DNA of 63,613 nt, the filler included. It is 5 parts of 5 records of this genome, joined end to end, with 100 filler letters (N's around TTAATTAATTAA, not from the genome) between each part and the next. Parts side by side here need not be neighbours in the genome. Positions count along the whole stretch, not along the records: positions 45,775 to 58,186 come from SRR31156797_1051; positions 58,287 to 63,613 come from SRR31156797_1152; 3 more parts are not named here. One strand, written 5' to 3'. Positions 49,349 to 59,204 of this stretch are shown here, one piece after another. The translations under genes and the position numbers were made by a program. The notes below the pieces were generated by a model. That model worked only from the letters and a program-made list of their open reading frames with translations. It had not been told where the DNA came from and made no database searches. The stretch's first letter is position 1. Each line of letters opens with the position of its first letter.

Positions 49349-51544
49349 ATGAAAAAAATTCAGGAATTAGATAAGATTGCCATTACGGTAAAATCACATA
49401 AACTATTACAACAGCTTCTACAGGAAAATCCTGAACTTGAACAAATAATGCGTAATGCCAAAAATGAAACTGAGGCTCTCATTGGTGTGCAGCAATGGGT
49501 GATGGGAATTTTACAAACTAGTAGCAAAACTGCTATTAAATATTACAATCGCGAATACCAGGGACATGATGCGCTGAAAAAACTAAAGTGGAAAGAAATA
49601 GCTGCAATTCGCATTCTGGATTATATCGACAATGCCGGGCGAGTTTTTAAAGATCAAAATTTAAGAGGTGAAGATGCCGTTAGTAATCCAATTAAGTTGA
49701 TTTGGTTGGCAGTAAATCATGGTACAGGTGGTGCTAAACCATTCTTTTTTGAAGATATGCTGCATCTTTTTAGGCAATTGACTGAGAAAGAAAAGCGTGT
49801 GATGCCAACACGCGAAGATGTTGAAAAATGGATGGAACGATATCCTTCTGGAATGGATCCTCGGATTATTAAACTTCGTGAAGAAAATCGCGATCGGATA
49901 ATCAACATACTCATAGATAAAATGGATGCTGGGGAGATTAAAAGCAATAAGTATTCATTTAAAAATGAAATGTCTCGTGAGCAAAAGTTTCTGCAAATGC
50001 TTAAATGGTGGGATGATCATGTGTTTCATCTCCAATTTGCAGTACGTTCACCTGATTTGTTAAACGAATTACTGGGGGAATCATTAGACCCAGATACCAT
50101 GAAGGTATTGTATGAAGCTGAAGAACAAGGGATTCCGTTTTTTGTAAATCCGTATTATTTATCCTTACTTCATGTAAGAGTGCCATATTTCGCAATTGGT
50201 GCTGATTTAGCCATTCGTTATTATGTAGTTTATAGTAAGCAACTTATTGATGAGTTTGGGCATATTGTGGCATGGGAAAAAGAGGATTTAGTTAAACCGG
50301 GTGAGCCTAATGCAGCGGGGTGGTTATTGCCGTCTCAGCATAACGTTCACCGCCGATACCCCGAAGTAGCTATTTTAATTCCGGATACCATGGGACGTGC
50401 GTGTGGAGGATTGTGTGCAAGCTGTCAGCGTATGTACGATTTTCAAAGTGGTCATTTGAATTTTAACCTTGATAAATTGAAACCCGATGGAACCTGGGAG
50501 GAACGTTTGCAAAAATATATGGATTACTTTGAAAAGGATACGCAATTGCGCGATATCCTGATTACAGGTGGTGATGCATTGATGAGTACAGATAAAACTT
50601 TAGAGCGTATTCTCGATGCTATTTTAGATATGACAAGGCGCAAAGCAGCTGCTAATAAAAAACGCAAGGATGGAGAAAAATATGCAGAGATGCTGCGTAT
50701 CCGATTAGGAACACGATTGCCAGTTTATTTGCCTCAAAGAGTCACGCCTGAGTTAATTGAGATGCTAGCAGATTTTAAAAAGAAAGCTTCAAAGATTGGA
50801 TTAAAACAGTTTGTGATTCAAACGCATTTTGAATCGCCAATGGAAATCACACCTGAAGTAAAGAAAGCAATAGATATGCTTATTCGCGCAGGATGGACAG
50901 TTACAAATCAGCATGTCTTTACATCAGCATCATCACGCAGAGGACATACTGCAAAACTGCGTAAAGATTTAAATGATGTGGGTATTTTGACATATTATAC
51001 TTTCAGTGTGAAAGGCTACATGGAAAATAATTTCAACTTTGCTACCAATGCCCGAGCTATGCAAGAGCAAATGGAGGAAAAAGTATTTGGTGCAATCCCT
51101 GAAGAATATTACGAACAGATCAAAACTTTCCCTGAAAATGCTGAAAATATGGTGGCTAATATTGAGAAAATCAGGGCCAAAGCTGATATTCCATTCTTAG
51201 GAACTGATAGAAACGTACTTAATCTCCCGGGAGTGGGGAAGAGCCTGACATTTAGAGTGATTGGTATTACCAGATATGGTCGCCGAATTTTAGAGTTTGA
51301 CCATGATGGAACGCGGACCCACAGCCCAATTATTCATGATATGGGTCGTATTGTAATTATTGAATCCAAGTCAATTAGCGAATACTTGCAGCAATTGAGT
51401 GATTTTGGGGAAAAAGTATCAGAATACGAAAGCTTGTATGGTTATTCTATCGGAGAAACAGAAAACAGGTTGTCAATTTATGATTATCCCGAGTATGAAT
51501 TTGCCACATGTGAAGAAATGACAAATTTGGAATTAGTGACGTGA
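49349..51544 (+). CDS. long KamA-family (lysine 2,3-aminomutase-like) radical SAM protein
   Basis: HRRYP, CGGLCASCQR (CxxxCxxC), ILITGGDAL, RIRLGTRLPVYLPQR, QTHF, NQ; SD-like AGAGAGG before ATG 49349. Confidence 0.85.
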   Translation: MKKIQELDKIAITVKSHKLLQQLLQENPELEQIMRNAKNETEALIGVQQWVMGILQTSSKTAIKYYNREYQGHDALKKLKWKEIAAIRILDYIDNAGRVFKDQNLRGEDAVSNPIKLIWLAVNHGTGGAKPFFFEDMLHLFRQLTEKEKRVMPTREDVEKWMERYPSGMDPRIIKLREENRDRIINILIDKMDAGEIKSNKYSFKNEMSREQKFLQMLKWWDDHVFHLQFAVRSPDLLNELLGESLDPDTMKVLYEAEEQGIPFFVNPYYLSLLHVRVPYFAIGADLAIRYYVVYSKQLIDEFGHIVAWEKEDLVKPGEPNAAGWLLPSQHNVHRRYPEVAILIPDTMGRACGGLCASCQRMYDFQSGHLNFNLDKLKPDGTWEERLQKYMDYFEKDTQLRDILITGGDALMSTDKTLERILDAILDMTRRKAAANKKRKDGEKYAEMLRIRLGTRLPVYLPQRVTPELIEMLADFKKKASKIGLKQFVIQTHFESPMEITPEVKKAIDMLIRAGWTVTNQHVFTSASSRRGHTAKLRKDLNDVGILTYYTFSVKGYMENNFNFATNARAMQEQMEEKVFGAIPEEYYEQIKTFPENAENMVANIEKIRAKADIPFLGTDRNVLNLPGVGKSLTFRVIGITRYGRRILEFDHDGTRTHSPIIHDMGRIVIIESKSISEYLQQLSDFGEKVSEYESLYGYSIGETENRLSIYDYPEYEFATCEEMTNLELVT

Positions 51545-51549
51545 GTGTA

Positions 51550-51890
51550 CCACGCAAAGAGCGCAAAGGATTCGCAAGGAACGCAAAGAATAGAATGTAT
51601 TCAGCGACGCGACATTGCGATGAGCGAAGCGAAGCGGTCATTGAGCAAAGCTGAAATGAAGCAAGCTTTTTCAGAGTACTCGTACAGGTAATTTGAAGCA
51701 GATTAACTACGTTGAGCTCCCTATGGTCGGTTGCTTCACTTCGTTACCATTGACAGAATTCTTGTAAGAAGCTGGAAATAAGAAGTGAGGGCTTCGCTTT
51801 GAGCGAAACCCTCATTGAACGCCACTATGTATTCTGTCATTATTCTCATTATACTTCCCAAAAGTTTGGGAGGTGAGGACTCGCAATGAT
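51550..51890. repeat. mixed REP-like intergenic repeats and hairpins
   Basis: CGCAAAG/CGCAAGG x4 (51553-51588); degenerate GACATTGCGA...GCAATGA-type arms; hairpin TGAGGGCTTCGCT/AGCGAAACCCTCA (51786-51814). Confidence 0.6.
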
Positions 51891-52230
51891 GCATCGCTGA
51901 TTTATTTAGTATTGTCTTAGTTTTTCAAATAAAAGTAGGCATATTCAACCCCAAAGTCCAATATTCCCATTTCCCATATTTAGTTCTTGCTAATTTACCG
52001 ATTATCAAAATTTTATAAGGCTCTCAATAACCCAAAGCCATTAAGTTTTTCCTGTTTATTGAATTAGTCAACCCTGTTTTTTTTTGACTTCGTAAACGAT
52101 TTCAATCATTTATTTTTTGTTTTCACCGATTAACAATTAATTTTGCTTGTTTTAAAACATAAAATTGTTGTAAATACCACATTTTTAGATATAAAACAAT
52201 AAAACTAGTGATCAAACTAACTTATTTACT

Positions 52231-54666
52231 ATGAGAAAGAAACTGTTATCATTATTGATGCTGACCGCAGCACCATTTGTAACCATGGCAAGTGAGGCTG
52301 ACCTTGTAATTCCTGATAGCGTAAAGGACAAAGGAATTCTTTATTGGGGATTTTTAATTACCGTTTTAGGTTTTGCTTTTGGTTTATACCAATTCCTAAA
52401 AGTTAAGAAATTGGGTGCCCACAAATCTATGCTTGATGTAGCAAAAGTGATTTATGAAACCGGAAAAACTTATCTAATTCAACAAGGTAAATTCTTGTTT
52501 ATCCTTTTCTTATTTATTGGTTCTGCTGTGGCATTCTATTTTGGCTTTCTTTCTGATGCCAATTTTGGATTTGGCGGTGTCGCAATGATTTTAGGATGGA
52601 CCATTATTGGTATCCTTGGATCATATAGTGTAGCCTGGTTCGGTATAAGAATGAATACGCTGGCTAACTCAAGAATGGCATTTGCATCTTTGGAGAGAAA
52701 ACCAATTAAATTATTGAACATTCCATTGAATGCGGGTATGAGTATTGGTGTAGTGCTTATCTCTTTAGAGCTAATCATTATGCTTATCATCTTACTTTTC
52801 GTTCCTGGTGAATACGCCGGAGCAAGTTTCATCGGATTCGCAATTGGTGAATCATTAGGAGCTTCTGCATTACGTATCGCTGGTGGAATCTTTACTAAAA
52901 TTGCGGATATTGGTTCTGACCTGATGAAAGTGATTTTCAAAATTGGAGAGGATGATCCACGTAACCCCGGTACTATTGCTGACTGTGTTGGTGATAATGC
53001 TGGAGATAGCGTTGGGCCAACTGCTGATGGTTTTGAAACTTATGGTGTAACAGGTGTTGCATTGATTTCATTTATATTATTAGCTGTACCTGATTTAGCT
53101 CACCAAACAGAACTGTTAGTTTGGATTTTCGCTATGCGTATCCTAATGATTATTACTTCTGTAGTTTCTTTCTGGATTAACGGAGCAATAAGCAAAGCAA
53201 GATACACAGGAAAAGATGAATTAGACTTTGAACAACCATTAACAAGCTTGGTTTGGATTACTTCCATTCTGTCAATTATTGTAACTTTTGCGATTAGTTA
53301 TTTCCTAATCGGACATCTTGAAAATAACCTTTGGATGACATTGTCAATAATTATTAGTGCAGGTACACTTGGTGCTGCTCTTATTCCAGAGTTTACTAAA
53401 ATATTTACAAGTCCTAAATCAAAACACGTGAATGAAGTAGTAGAGGCCTCTAAAAAAGGTGGTGCTTCATTGAATATCCTTTCAGGTTTGGTTGCAGGAA
53501 ACTTCTCTGCCTTTTGGAAAGGTATGGTATTCTTTGTTCTGATGTTAATTGCATATTTTGCAAGTACTGAAGGTTTAGATTCAATTATGATTTATCCATC
53601 AATTTTTGCATTTGGATTGGTAGCATTTGGTATGTTAGGAATGGGACCCGTTACAATTGCAGTTGATAGTTACGGACCCGTAACTGATAATGCTCAATCA
53701 ATTTATGAGTTATCACTAATTGAAGAAACTGAAGGAGTTGATGCAGAGATCGAGAAAGAATTTGGTTTCAAACCAGATTACGAAAAAGCGAAATATTACC
53801 TTGAGGCCAATGATGGAGCGGGTAATACATTTAAAGCTACTGCCAAACCGGTATTGATTGGTACTGCGGTAGTGGGTGCTACAACTATGATCTTTTCATT
53901 GATTCTTGTAATTAAGCATACGCTACATATTGAACCAGAACAAATTCTGAACCTATTGAATCCATTTACAATTCTTGGATTTATTCTTGGTGGTGCTGTT
54001 ATTTACTGGTTTACAGGCGCTTCAATTCAAGCTGTTACAACAGGTGCTAGTCGTGCTGTTGAGTATATTAAGAAAAACATTAATCTTGATCCGGACGCAC
54101 CTAAAAAAGCAGATACTGCTAAATCAAAAGAGGTGGTTCAGATTTGTACGGTATATGCACAGAAAGGTATGTACAATATCTTTATTGCTATTTTCTCTTT
54201 TGCTTTAGCCTTTGCATTTTTATCTGCACCAGGATATATTCCGGAAGCAGGAGGTAAAGTTGACTTAGCTTTATTAGCTCCAGTATCATTATTTGTAAGT
54301 TACCTTATTTCAATTGCTATTTTCGGACTTTATCAGGCAATATTCATGGCTAATGCCGGTGGATCTTGGGATAATGCCAAAAAAGTTGTTGAGGTAGATA
54401 TGCAAGAAAAAGGAACAGATTTACATGCTGCAGCTGTAGTTGGTGATACAGTTGGTGATCCTTTTAAAGATACTTCATCAGTTTCATTAAATCCAATTAT
54501 TAAGTTTACTACATTATTTGGGCTATTGGCAATGGAGATTGCAATTGCAGAATCATTCTTTGATATTGCACCATACATTGGAATTGCATTTTTAGTTGTT
54601 GCGTTATTCTTTGTATACCGTTCATTCTATGGAATGCGTATCGGTGGAAAACAAGCAAAAGCTTAA
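52231..54666 (+). CDS. hppA: membrane-bound pyrophosphatase, divergent clade
   Basis: GGIFTKIADIGSDL, EDDPRNPGTIADCVGDNAGD, DSYGPVTDNA, GNTFKA, WDNAKK, GDTVGDPFKDT. Confidence 0.93.
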   Translation: MRKKLLSLLMLTAAPFVTMASEADLVIPDSVKDKGILYWGFLITVLGFAFGLYQFLKVKKLGAHKSMLDVAKVIYETGKTYLIQQGKFLFILFLFIGSAVAFYFGFLSDANFGFGGVAMILGWTIIGILGSYSVAWFGIRMNTLANSRMAFASLERKPIKLLNIPLNAGMSIGVVLISLELIIMLIILLFVPGEYAGASFIGFAIGESLGASALRIAGGIFTKIADIGSDLMKVIFKIGEDDPRNPGTIADCVGDNAGDSVGPTADGFETYGVTGVALISFILLAVPDLAHQTELLVWIFAMRILMIITSVVSFWINGAISKARYTGKDELDFEQPLTSLVWITSILSIIVTFAISYFLIGHLENNLWMTLSIIISAGTLGAALIPEFTKIFTSPKSKHVNEVVEASKKGGASLNILSGLVAGNFSAFWKGMVFFVLMLIAYFASTEGLDSIMIYPSIFAFGLVAFGMLGMGPVTIAVDSYGPVTDNAQSIYELSLIEETEGVDAEIEKEFGFKPDYEKAKYYLEANDGAGNTFKATAKPVLIGTAVVGATTMIFSLILVIKHTLHIEPEQILNLLNPFTILGFILGGAVIYWFTGASIQAVTTGASRAVEYIKKNINLDPDAPKKADTAKSKEVVQICTVYAQKGMYNIFIAIFSFALAFAFLSAPGYIPEAGGKVDLALLAPVSLFVSYLISIAIFGLYQAIFMANAGGSWDNAKKVVEVDMQEKGTDLHAAAVVGDTVGDPFKDTSSVSLNPIIKFTTLFGLLAMEIAIAESFFDIAPYIGIAFLVVALFFVYRSFYGMRIGGKQAKA

Positions 54667-54688
54667 TTTCAAATTATATAGGTTTCAA

Positions 54689-54718
54689 GTCGCTTCAGTT
54701 TTGGAGCGGCTTTTTTTT
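54689..54718 (+). terminator. intrinsic terminator
   Basis: GTCGCTTCA...TGGAGCGGC stem followed by a T-run. Confidence 0.7.
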
Positions 54719-54742
54719 GCAATAATGCTACTAATAATTATT

Positions 54743-54832
54743 TCACGCAACGTTCGCAACGAAGACGCAACGTTCGCAAAGCTATTAACTCGTTGCGCTC
54801 GCAGCGTAAGTATTCTTGGCGTTCGTTGCGAG
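54743..54832. repeat. CGCAACG/CGTTGCG nested inverted repeat
   Basis: CGCAACG TT CGCAACG AAGA CGCAACG TT CGCAAAG ... CGTTGCG ... CGTTGCGAGA; related to 43742-43828 and 51553-51588. Confidence 0.7.
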
Positions 54833-55098
54833 AAATTGAATTTTGATTTCTTGGAAAATGATTTTTTAGCAACCTTTTATTATGTAGAGTTTTCAATTTA
54901 TACATATCTCTATAGTACATTAGCGTAACCTGTTTCTTAGCATTTCATTAATAAATATTGTCATTTTGATTTGTAATATCAAAACAGTCTGTTATTTTTG
55001 ATGTGGAAGAAAAAACAGAATTAAGCGGAAATGTTTCATTATGAGATATTTCCGGTTTTTTTCTTAAATAATGCAAACGTTTGTTAAAAGTATATATC

Positions 55099-56613
55099 AT
55101 GAGAGATTGTGAAATTTCCTTAAATCCAAACAAACTTGTTCGCTACTTAAAAAAGCCAGCGTGCGAGTTTACAAGAAATGACCTTATTCAATACATCGAA
55201 GATAACGAAATTGAAATGATTAATTTTCGTTATGTGGGTGAAGATGGGCGCTTGAAAACATTAACCTTCGTTATTACAGGTAAAGAGCATCTGGAATCGA
55301 TTCTTACCAGCGGTGAAAGAGTTGATGGTAGCTCATTATTTTCTTTTGTTGAAGCAGGATCGTCTGATTTGTATGTAGTACCTCGGTACAAAACTGCTTT
55401 TGTAAACCCCTTTAGTGAAAGACCAAGTTTAGATATACTTTGTGCATTTTATACCAATGAAGGACAACCTTTAGAGTCTGCTCCTGAATATATCCTTAAA
55501 AAAGCGCATAAGGAGTTTAAAGAGAAAACCGGATATCATTTCCGAGCTATGGGAGAGTTGGAATATTACCTGATGATGCCTAAGGAGCATGGTAATCTTT
55601 ATCCGGCAAGAGACCAGGCAGGTTATCATGAGTCAGGGCCATTCAGTAACTTCCAGTCATTTAAAGATGAAGCCATGGAGCTAATTGCAATGGCAGGGGG
55701 TAAAATTAAGTATGGACATTCTGAGGTTGGTAACTTTACCGACGATAAATATATTTATGAACAACAGGAAATAGAATTTTTACCCGTAGAAGCTGAAGAT
55801 GCTGTTGATCAGTTAGTAGTGGCTAAATGGATTTTACGGATGCTTGCCAATGAGTATGGTTTGCTATTAAGTTTTGCGCCTAAAATTACAGTCGGAAAAG
55901 CGGGAAGTGGGTTACATATTCACATGCAGCTTCAAAAAGACGGTCACAATATGATGGTTGAGAATGGAGCATTGAGTACTGATGCCAGAAAAATGATCGC
56001 CGGAATACTTGATTTAGCTGAACCACTGACAGCCTTTGGTAATACAATTCCAACTTCATACTTAAGACTTGTACCACATCAGGAAGCACCCACAAATATT
56101 TGTTGGGGTGATCGAAACAGATCAGTACTTATTCGTGTGCCGTTAGGATGGTTAGGTGCAGCAAATAAAATGGCAGCTTTAGAGAATCCACAAGATAAAA
56201 ATCTAAAAGCTTTAAATGAAATTAAACAAACGATAGAGTTGCGTTCAGGTGATGGATCGGCTGATTTATACCATTTTATGGCTGGAATAATTGTGGCAGC
56301 ACAGCATGGACTTCAGATGGATAATAGCCTTGAAATAGCTGAGAAACTTTATATGGATGTGAATATTTTCGATGAGGAGCATAAAGATAAATTGGCTCAA
56401 TTAGAGGGCTTACCAACATCATGCTACGAGTCAGCTGAAGCATTAGAGAAAAATCGCTCTTACTTTGAAGACAATGGAATATTTCCTGCCGGCGTAATTG
56501 ATCGTTTCGTTGATCATCTCAAAGCATATGAAGATAAAGACTTGAGCGAACGATTATACGGTAAAAATGATGAAATTGCCAAATTGGTAGAAGATTACCT
56601 ACATCATATGTAG
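55099..56613 (+). CDS. glnA: glutamine synthetase (GSI-like)
   Basis: VDGSS, GELEYY, HSEV, QQEI, FAPK, GSGLHIH, SYLRLVPHQEAP, RNRS.LIRVP, IELR. Confidence 0.9.
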   Translation: MRDCEISLNPNKLVRYLKKPACEFTRNDLIQYIEDNEIEMINFRYVGEDGRLKTLTFVITGKEHLESILTSGERVDGSSLFSFVEAGSSDLYVVPRYKTAFVNPFSERPSLDILCAFYTNEGQPLESAPEYILKKAHKEFKEKTGYHFRAMGELEYYLMMPKEHGNLYPARDQAGYHESGPFSNFQSFKDEAMELIAMAGGKIKYGHSEVGNFTDDKYIYEQQEIEFLPVEAEDAVDQLVVAKWILRMLANEYGLLLSFAPKITVGKAGSGLHIHMQLQKDGHNMMVENGALSTDARKMIAGILDLAEPLTAFGNTIPTSYLRLVPHQEAPTNICWGDRNRSVLIRVPLGWLGAANKMAALENPQDKNLKALNEIKQTIELRSGDGSADLYHFMAGIIVAAQHGLQMDNSLEIAEKLYMDVNIFDEEHKDKLAQLEGLPTSCYESAEALEKNRSYFEDNGIFPAGVIDRFVDHLKAYEDKDLSERLYGKNDEIAKLVEDYLHHM

Positions 56614-56643
56614 GATTTATGTATCGGTTAATATATAAATTGG

Positions 56644-56678
56644 AACTCCTGTGCATTATTTGTACGGGAGTTTTTTTT
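56644..56678 (+). terminator. intrinsic terminator of glnA
   Basis: AACTCCTGTGCA/TGTACGGGAGTT stem followed by a T-run. Confidence 0.8.
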
Positions 56679-56680
56679 AA

Positions 56681-57040
56681 TGGATCTTGGATGTTAGATC
56701 TTAGATGTTGGATAAATGGCAGGTGAAATTAGCTTGAAAATAGATTTTCATATAATCTGTAATTTCCTGATATTGATGTGGATTACGCCTATTTTGCTAT
56801 GAAATTTTCCTTGGTAAAGGGATAAGCAAAATTGTATAATAAATCAAGAGGTTCAACTCCCCTTCGACAAGGCTCAGGGTCCGAATCAGGGAAGGTCACC
56901 CTTCGACTCCGCTCAGGGAACACTCCTCGAATCAAAGATCTAATATCCACACTTCGACTATCCTCAGTGACCGATCCAAATATCCAATATCTCAGATCCT
57001 AGATCCAATATCTAATATCCGATATCCAATATCTTAGATC
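56681..57040. repeat. inverted heptamer arrays enclosing three CTTCGAC...CTCAG REP-like units
   Basis: (T)GGATCT/TAGATGT-type array at 56681-56713; complementary ATATCCA/AGATCCT array at 56973-57040; REP units at 56860-56880, 56899-56920 and 56949-56973. Confidence 0.75.
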
Positions 57041-57097
57041 AAAAAGAAAAGGCCACCCTTTCGAGTAGCCTTTGAAATATTTATAGTTAAAACTATT

Positions 57098-58186
57098 TTA
57101 CATCATGCCTGGCATACCACCACCCATGCCACCCATTCCGGCAGCAGCAGCTGCGGCAGCAGCATCAGCTTCATCATCTTTTTCTTCTACAAGTACTGCT
57201 TCAGTTGTTAAGAACATACCAGCAATAGAAGCTGCGTTCTCAAGTGCAATACGAGTTACTTTTGTTGGGTCAATTACACCAGTTTCAAGTAGGTTTTGGT
57301 ATTCGTCTATACGTGCATTGTAACCAAAATCACCTTTTCCTTCTCTTACTTTTTGTACAACTACAGCACCTTCTTTTCCTGAGTTGAATACGATTTGACG
57401 CAATGGCTCTTCAATTGCGCGTTTTACAATTCCGATACCAGTTGTTTCGTCTTCGTTTTCTCCTTTAAGGTCTTCTAGAGCCTCGATAGCGCGAATGTAG
57501 GCTACACCACCACCAGGAACAATTCCTTCTTCTACAGCAGCGCGAGTTGCACTTAGTGCGTCATCTACACGGTCTTTTTTCTCTTTCATTTCTACTTCTG
57601 AAGCAGCTCCAACATAAAGAACAGCTACACCACCAGCTAATTTAGCCAGGCGTTCTTGTAGTTTTTCTTTATCGTAGTCTGAAGTAGAGTTTTCAATTTG
57701 CTGTTTGATTTGGGCTACGCGAGCGTCAATTTGAGCTTTTTCACCAGCACCGTTTACAACAGTAGTATTTTCTTTATCAATAGTTACTTTTTCAGCAGAT
57801 CCAAGCATATCAAGTGTTGCACCTTCTAATTTCATACCTTTCTCTTCAGAAATAACTGTACCACCAGTTAAAACAGCGATATCTTCCAGCATTTCTTTTC
57901 TGCGGTCTCCAAATCCAGGAGCTTTAACCGCAGCAACTTTTAATGAACCACGTAAGCGGTTTACAACAAGCGTTGCAAGTGCTTCGCCATCTACATCTTC
58001 AGCAATAATTAACAATGGACGACCTGATTGAGCTGCAGGCTCAAGGATTGGCATAAGATCTTTCATTGTTGAGATTTTCTTGTCGTGGATCAAAATGTAT
58101 GGATTCTCCAAATCAGCTTCCATTTTTTCAGTGTTCGTAACGAAATATGGAGAAATGTAACCACGGTCAAACTGCATACCTTCAAC
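57098..58186 (-). CDS. groL: chaperonin GroEL (5'-truncated at the contig end)
   Basis: [43 protein letters not shown]-terminal GGM repeats; the frame runs into the N gap. Confidence 0.97.
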   Translation of the reverse strand, partial: VEGMQFDRGYISPYFVTNTEKMEADLENPYILIHDKKISTMKDLMPILEPAAQSGRPLLIIAEDVDGEALATLVVNRLRGSLKVAAVKAPGFGDRRKEMLEDIAVLTGGTVISEEKGMKLEGATLDMLGSAEKVTIDKENTTVVNGAGEKAQIDARVAQIKQQIENSTSDYDKEKLQERLAKLAGGVAVLYVGAASEVEMKEKKDRVDDALSATRAAVEEGIVPGGGVAYIRAIEALEDLKGENEDETTGIGIVKRAIEEPLRQIVFNSGKEGAVVVQKVREGKGDFGYNARIDEYQNLLETGVIDPTKVTRIALENAASIAGMFLTTEAVLVEEKDDEADAAAAAAAAGMGGMGGGMPGMM

Positions 58187-58286
58187 NNNNNNNNNNNNNN
58201 NNNNNNNNNNNNNNNNNNNNNNNNNNNNNNTTAATTAATTAANNNNNNNNNNNNNNNNNNNNNNNNNNNNNNNNNNNNNNNNNNNN
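58187..58286. other. artificial contig linker
   Basis: N run + TTAATTAATTAA. Confidence 0.98.
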
Positions 58287-58433
58287 AAAATACTCTTCAA
58301 CTTTCTTTTTATCCATTACTGCCATTGATAATAATAAAATAAAGAAAGTTAATAATAATGACATTAAGTCACCAAACTGTACTAGCCATCCAGGTAGACA
58401 TTTTGGGCACTCAGGACATTTATCTTTTCCCAT
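58287..58433 (-). CDS. motB: flagellar stator protein MotB (3'-truncated)
   Basis: CPECPKCLPGWLVQFGDLMSLLLTFFILL: conserved W..F.D TM motif; directly downstream of motA. Confidence 0.9.
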
Positions 58434-58445
58434 ACAAATCCAATT

Positions 58446-59201
58446 CTATTCTGCAATATCAACTAAAATTGAGTTTAATTGCATTTTTATATTTCCAATT
58501 GACTCTTCTGCTGCAATCATTGTTGTACCTTTGATTATAACTTCATAGGCATCCATTTCTTTTTTGTGTTTTTGTGTTAATTTACTTTCAAAAAGACCTG
58601 CGAAAAGTGTACCTAAAAGAGCACCATACATTGTTGTTAATAAGGCAACTGCCATAGCTGGACCAACAGAAGCGGGGTCAGATAAATTTGCAAGCATTGC
58701 AACTAGACCAACTAGTGTACCAATCATTCCCATTGAACCTGCTGTACCACCAATATTTCCAAAGATACCAATCATTGTACTATGTCTTTTATCAATGAAT
58801 TCAAGTTTAGTTTCCAATAGAGGTTGAAGAGTTTCAGCTTTTGTCCCATCAACTAGTAATTGGAAAGCTTCTTTAAAAAATGCATTTTTCTCTTCTAAAA
58901 CTTTTTGTTCAATATGCATTACACCATGTTTTTTTATCTCTGTAGCATAAAAAGTAATTTTTTCAACCAATTCAGGTAAGGGTTCAACTGATGTTTCATT
59001 TATAGCAATCTTCAATGCAGGACTTATTCTTTTTAAATCTGCAGTTTCAAATTGCCCTGCTGTTACTGCCATAGTTCCACCAAATACAATAACGACAGAA
59101 GGGATATCAATATATGGACCGAATCCTACACCACCTAAAATAATTGCAAGGGCAATTAATGCCCATCCACCTGCTAATCCTCCAACTGTACTCTTATCCA
59201 T
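58446..59201 (-). CDS. motA: flagellar stator protein MotA/PomA
   Basis: MDKST, IVFGGT, GMIGTLVGLV.ML, GPAMAVALLTTMYG. Confidence 0.92.
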   Translation of the reverse strand: MDKSTVGGLAGGWALIALAIILGGVGFGPYIDIPSVVIVFGGTMAVTAGQFETADLKRISPALKIAINETSVEPLPELVEKITFYATEIKKHGVMHIEQKVLEEKNAFFKEAFQLLVDGTKAETLQPLLETKLEFIDKRHSTMIGIFGNIGGTAGSMGMIGTLVGLVAMLANLSDPASVGPAMAVALLTTMYGALLGTLFAGLFESKLTQKHKKEMDAYEVIIKGTTMIAAEESIGNIKMQLNSILVDIAE

Positions 59202-59204
59202 CTG

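Noticed and set aside
51900-52230. Possible Na+ or other riboswitch upstream of the membrane PPase
   Set aside because: I could not recognise a conserved aptamer or expression platform; only a weak LacI-like palindrome (CGTAAACGATTTCA, ~52091-52104) and a TAATTTTG promoter element are visible
56846-56864. GAGGTTCAACTCCCCTT resembling a tRNA T-arm
   Set aside because: No acceptor stem, D-arm or anticodon arm can be built around it, and it overlaps a REP unit
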